Below, one piece after another: positions 60,047 to 64,000 of a DNA stretch of 64,000 bases. The DNA comes from an uncultured Verrucomicrobiae bacterium (GTDB lineage: Bacteria > Verrucomicrobiota > Verrucomicrobiia > Chthoniobacterales > JAFAMB01). The position numbers and the translations under genes are program-made. The notes under the pieces were generated by a model. That model saw only the letters and a program-made list of their open reading frames with translations, searched no databases and was not told the DNA's origin. The stretch is taken from the NCBI GenBank assembly GCA_963837955.1, contig CAWIPH010000002.1, positions 4,800,001 to 4,864,000 of the forward strand. The letters run 5' to 3'. Every line of letters begins with the position of its first letter. The stretch's first letter is position 1.

Positions 60047-61050
60047 GATTCAGGAAAAACAGGTCGAATTGTGTCTGGAAGCTCGTCTAAGAAATCATTG
60101 AAGAACCTAAAGGCGGGAAGCATCGAAGCAACCTGTCGAAGACTTTTAATTGCAGGCGAGATGTGACGCAAAAATTCCGGTTTCCCGCGTAGGACCCCGA
60201 TCACACCATACGCGCCCAGCGCCTGGAGCAAGCGTTGAATCGCGCAGCGCAAAAAGATGTCGCGAAACTGTTCGCGGTCGACGGAGGAATCCAGCCGATC
60301 CAGATAATAGCTGAGCAGCGCCTGCCGCTCGGCATCCGTGAGTGTGACGTAAGGGTCGTAGAGCAAGGAAGCAAGATCGTACTCGCCTAAGCCGGGACGC
60401 ATCCCTTGGAAATCAATCAGGAACGCTTCGTCGTCACTGATAATGATATTCTGTGACTGTAAGTCCCGATGGACGAGCACCCTCGGATAACTCGCGAGAT
60501 CTTCGGCCAGTTTAGTCAGTTCCGGGCGTGACCAGAGCGCCTGGATCCGGTCCTCCGGTACCCGGAAGCAACGCCGAAAGCAGTTTTGCAGTCCGTATTC
60601 CTGTTCCCACCGATACAGGGCGGCATCAAAATCGGGCGGGCTATCGGACATGCGGGCCATCGAAGGATCAGTCCCGTGCAGCATGATCACTTGGTCGAGA
60701 GTTCGCTCGTACAGGAACTTTCGGACTGGCCACGATTCAGTACGATGATGCCAGAGATCTTCTTCCCCGAGATCTTGCATCCAGATCAAGCCTTCTTCGT
60801 CGTCGTGAAAGTAAATCAAAGGCGCGTTGACGCCGATCCCGTCAAGAAAATTGGCGACCGCCACGAATCGGACGTTTTCCAGTTTCTCTTTCTGGTATTT
60901 TACGAGAATCAATGACGAATCAGCACTGAATTGAATCCGGTAGTATTTGCGGTCGGAACCTCCTTTTTCGAGAGGTCGAATATCGAATGCCGAATCGTGA
61001 TAATGAGGAAACCGCTGCCGGGTGTGGTCTATGAGCAAATTCAACGTCAT
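60043..61050 (-). CDS. amgK: AmgK-like anomeric sugar kinase (APH family)
   Basis: GGSDRKYYR, DLG, HRDLQSQNI, IDFQG, YDLASLL, QRLLQALGAY; coupled to a murU-like gene. Confidence 0.8.
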   Translation of the reverse strand: MTLNLLIDHTRQRFPHYHDSAFDIRPLEKGGSDRKYYRIQFSADSSLILVKYQKEKLENVRFVAVANFLDGIGVNAPLIYFHDDEEGLIWMQDLGEEDLWHHRTESWPVRKFLYERTLDQVIMLHGTDPSMARMSDSPPDFDAALYRWEQEYGLQNCFRRCFRVPEDRIQALWSRPELTKLAEDLASYPRVLVHRDLQSQNIIISDDEAFLIDFQGMRPGLGEYDLASLLYDPYVTLTDAERQALLSYYLDRLDSSVDREQFRDIFLRCAIQRLLQALGAYGVIGVLRGKPEFLRHISPAIKSLRQVASMLPAFRFFNDFLDELPDTIRPVFPES

Positions 61051-62009
61051 ACGAAATCTCTCCGGCCAAAGGTGCCGGGCCCTACATCCGTGCCAGCCAC
61101 CACGCATTCGCTAAGGTGTGTGTCTGACCGAATAGTCGAACCTGGCCATGCCACAACGTCCTGCAGAGATACGTTGGGCTCGATCCGGCTTTCCGGACCA
61201 ATCCAGCAGGCACCGGCGATCTCTACTCCTTCGGACACCATTGCCGAATCGGCGATCGTCGTCGGCCAATCCGCTTCCGTCAAGTGCCTTGGTCGCCAAC
61301 TATCGGTCACAACGGTTCGATGGATTCCCAGATATGCCTCTCGGGAGCCGATATTGAACCACTGTTGCTCATCCAAAACGACTCCGTTTATTCGGTCACC
61401 GTCGCGGATCGCATCAGCCAAGACGGGAATGAAGGAGACCTTGCGATCGGGTGGAATCTTCCCAATCATTTCTGGATTCCAGACGGAAACGTTTGCGAAA
61501 TCAACATTGCCGGAAAGACCGGACCCAAGCCGGCCAAGGATATCCACGACTCGATTTGTTCCGGGATCGAATGAGAGAGGAGTCAGACCGGTGTGACGCA
61601 ATGCCAACGTCACTCGGCAGCCGGAACGGAAATGGGAATCGATCAGAGCGCCAAGGTTGATGTCGGTGAGAACATCACCGCTATAAACGAGGAACGGCTC
61701 CTGCTCGAGCAAATTGGCCACGTTGCGAATCCCGCCTCCGGTCTCGAGCAACACCGGCTCCTGAACGAGCGTCACTCTTTTGCCTCGATACGAATTGCTC
61801 GAAAAGAAGTCGGTAAACTGTTCCGGCAGATGGTGAGTATTGATAACGAATCGTTCTACGCCAGACGCGATCAAATGATCTAAGGCAAACGTGATCAGTC
61901 GCTTTCCGAAGATCGGTAGCAACGGTTTCGGAACGACATTTGTGAGCGGTCGAAGCCGGGTACCCAACCCTGCTCCAAGCACGAAAGCGGTGCGAACGCG
62001 CGGAACCAT
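61047..62009 (-). CDS. murU: MurU-like nucleotidyltransferase
   Basis: LGAGLGTRLRPLT..PKPL, INTHHL, LETGGG. Confidence 0.75.
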   Translation of the reverse strand: MVPRVRTAFVLGAGLGTRLRPLTNVVPKPLLPIFGKRLITFALDHLIASGVERFVINTHHLPEQFTDFFSSNSYRGKRVTLVQEPVLLETGGGIRNVANLLEQEPFLVYSGDVLTDINLGALIDSHFRSGCRVTLALRHTGLTPLSFDPGTNRVVDILGRLGSGLSGNVDFANVSVWNPEMIGKIPPDRKVSFIPVLADAIRDGDRINGVVLDEQQWFNIGSREAYLGIHRTVVTDSWRPRHLTEADWPTTIADSAMVSEGVEIAGACWIGPESRIEPNVSLQDVVAWPGSTIRSDTHLSECVVAGTDVGPGTFGRRDFV

Positions 62010-62069
62010 GGACGCTTGGCAACCTATCGAGTCGTTCTACCAGATGTAAAGTCAGCAGTTCGGGGCATC

Positions 62070-62129
62070 GCGTTTGGCGTTTGGCGTTTGGCGTTTGGCG
62101 TTCCGGCGTTCCGGCGTTCCGGCGTTCCC
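62070..62129. repeat. compound tandem repeat (GCGTTTG)4 (GCGTTCCG)~4
   Basis: Read directly in the murU-tolB divergent intergenic region. Confidence 0.95.
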
Positions 62130-62218
62130 AAGTCCCCGGTACCGTTGACAATAAAGCTATGATCAACGTTTGACTTGTCGCATTGACGCGGTAATAGGGC
62201 CACAATTCGTGCTTCAGA

Positions 62219-63361
62219 ATGAAACCGTTCGTCCTCCTTCTAGGTTACGTCCTACTTGCTGGCGCTGTCATCGCGCAAAGCTCAAGCTCTCCGGTTATCA
62301 CGATTCGCAAAGGAACGGCTGTAGTTGTTGAAATTAAAGATGCCTCCGGTCCGGCGGGCGCCGTTTTGAAAAACGATATTGAACTTTCGGGTGCAATGAC
62401 GCTCGGGGACAGCGCTTCGGCGACGGCGATAGTGAGTGTTACCGCGTCTGGTAACGGAGCTAGCGGACAAGCTCTCGATAAAACGGGAAGCGCGATCCTG
62501 CAAAAAAGTTATGGCGGAGATACCCGGCGAGCCGTGCATCAATTTGTTGACGATTTGGTGGAGACGTTGACGGGGCAAAAAGGTATTGCCACTTCAAAGA
62601 TCGCGTTCGTATCCAACCGTACCGGACACAAAGAAATTTATACGGCAGACTACGACGGCGCGAATGCGGTCCAATTGACCAGAGACAATGCGATAAGCGT
62701 TAATCCCAATCTTTCGGCCGACGGGCGCAAATTAGCTTACACCGGTTATCAAAGCGGATATGCCGACATTTACCTGGTTGATTTGGGTTCTGGTTCGCGC
62801 AATCGCATCATCAAATATCCGGGTACAAATTCCGGTCCAGCCATCTCGCCGCAAGGCAATCGGATCGCCTGCACCATGAGCAAAGATGGCAACCCGGAGA
62901 TTTATGTCACAAATATCAACGGCGATTCTCCGCGCCGGTTGACGCGCGCTCTGGGGGTAGAGTCATCGCCGAGCTGGTCGCCAAACGGCAGCGAGATTGT
63001 TTATTCCTCGGACGAACGGGGCGGACCCCAGATCTATCGACTGGGTGTTGACGGCGGGTCGAGTCGGTTACTGTCGACTGGATATGGTTATTGCACCGAA
63101 CCGAACTGGTCGCCCGATGGAAAGAAGATCACTTTCAATGTCAGAAGCGGCGGGGCTTTCCAAGTGGCCGTACTCGATCTCGACGGTGGCTCGACCCGGG
63201 TAATTGCCAATGAGGGTGAGAGGCCGGTCTGGGGTCCAGACTCCCGCCACGTGCTATTTGCTAGAGGGAGCGGACTTTTTATGATTGATAGTGTGACCGG
63301 GCGTGAAGCCAGGATCGTGGGCGATTTAGGCAGAGTTTCCGAGCCGACTTGGTCCCACTAA
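62219..63361 (+). CDS. tolB: Tol-Pal system beta-propeller TolB
   Basis: KIAFVS, DYDG and repeated PxWSPDG (PD40) units; precedes pal. Confidence 0.93.
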   Translation: MKPFVLLLGYVLLAGAVIAQSSSSPVITIRKGTAVVVEIKDASGPAGAVLKNDIELSGAMTLGDSASATAIVSVTASGNGASGQALDKTGSAILQKSYGGDTRRAVHQFVDDLVETLTGQKGIATSKIAFVSNRTGHKEIYTADYDGANAVQLTRDNAISVNPNLSADGRKLAYTGYQSGYADIYLVDLGSGSRNRIIKYPGTNSGPAISPQGNRIACTMSKDGNPEIYVTNINGDSPRRLTRALGVESSPSWSPNGSEIVYSSDERGGPQIYRLGVDGGSSRLLSTGYGYCTEPNWSPDGKKITFNVRSGGAFQVAVLDLDGGSTRVIANEGERPVWGPDSRHVLFARGSGLFMIDSVTGREARIVGDLGRVSEPTWSH

Positions 63362-63381
63362 AATCCGTCTCCATACATCTC

Positions 63382-63876
63382 ATGAAAAAGATCTTCACTT
63401 TTGGTTGCATACTTATCGTTGGTCTGTGCGGTTGCAAAAAACAGCAGCAGCAGGAATACGCCGGGGTCGAGGGCGATACGGTGAGCGGAACGCCGCTTTC
63501 GCAGCGCCAGGAGGGCGTTTCATTTTTCGGCAACAATGTGAATCGCGGCCAATTTCAGCCGGTTTATTTCGCCTTTGATAGCTTTGAGATGCAATCGTCT
63601 GAAACTGAAAAACTGCGGCAGATCGCCAGCTTTATGAAAGGGGCCTCGAACAATGTTATTTTGGCTGGATTTACCGACGAACGAGGCACGGAGGAGTACA
63701 ATCGCGGTTTGGGGGAACGGCGCGCTCAGGCCGCTCGCAATTATTTAATTTCGCTCGGAGTTTCTGGTAGCCGAATCCAGACCGTCAGCTTTGGGTTGGA
63801 AATGCCGACGGATTCGGGACACAACGAGGCGGCTTGGGCCAAGAATCGTCGAGTCGAGACCGGCGTCGTTCGGTGA
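63382..63876 (+). CDS. pal: peptidoglycan-associated lipoprotein Pal (OmpA family)
   Basis: Lipobox GLCGC; VYFAFDS, GFTDERGTEEYN..LGERRA, AWAKNRR. Confidence 0.93.
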   Translation: MKKIFTFGCILIVGLCGCKKQQQQEYAGVEGDTVSGTPLSQRQEGVSFFGNNVNRGQFQPVYFAFDSFEMQSSETEKLRQIASFMKGASNNVILAGFTDERGTEEYNRGLGERRAQAARNYLISLGVSGSRIQTVSFGLEMPTDSGHNEAAWAKNRRVETGVVR

Positions 63877-64000
63877 TCAACGGGTGAGGTTGATGTTTTG
63901 ATTGTTTGCCGCGGCTTGATTCCTGGAGCAGCATTCGAATCATGACGAACGTTCGAGCGCTCTTCTGTCGGCACTCATTACGTTATTGTTTTACGCCCGT

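Overview
Bacterial chromosomal window, probably from a Verrucomicrobia (Chthoniobacterales/Spartobacteria-like) organism; this is an inference from gene content and repeat style. Intact housekeeping genes include groES-groEL, rplS, ispH, ppgK, cimA, comEC, trmB, glgE, amgK-murU and tolB-pal. These are interleaved with decaying accessory patches at about 1-6.4 kb, 11-13 kb, 23-27 kb and 47.8-52 kb. The patches hold HEPN-like, nuclease-like and HNH ORFs, gene fragments (lpxD, aconitase, AP2, a periplasmic binding protein), several toxin-antitoxin modules in which the toxin is usually broken, and immunity-like lipoprotein paralogs. The centrepiece is a complete 11-gene minus-strand type IV filament operon (26978-37879): major pilin, PilC, divergent PilM/N/O/P-like proteins, secretin, three minor pilins and a PilB ATPase with atypical motifs. 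Co-oriented genes upstream encode an HExxH protein, a stand-alone VirB10/TrbI-like protein and a roadblock/MglB-like protein. A perfect 25-bp palindrome and its degenerate copy outline a small winged-HTH regulon (membrane protein, regulator, ispH, DUF4153-like). No tRNA, rRNA or CRISPR array was recognised. All family calls come from motif recognition by eye, not from database searches.
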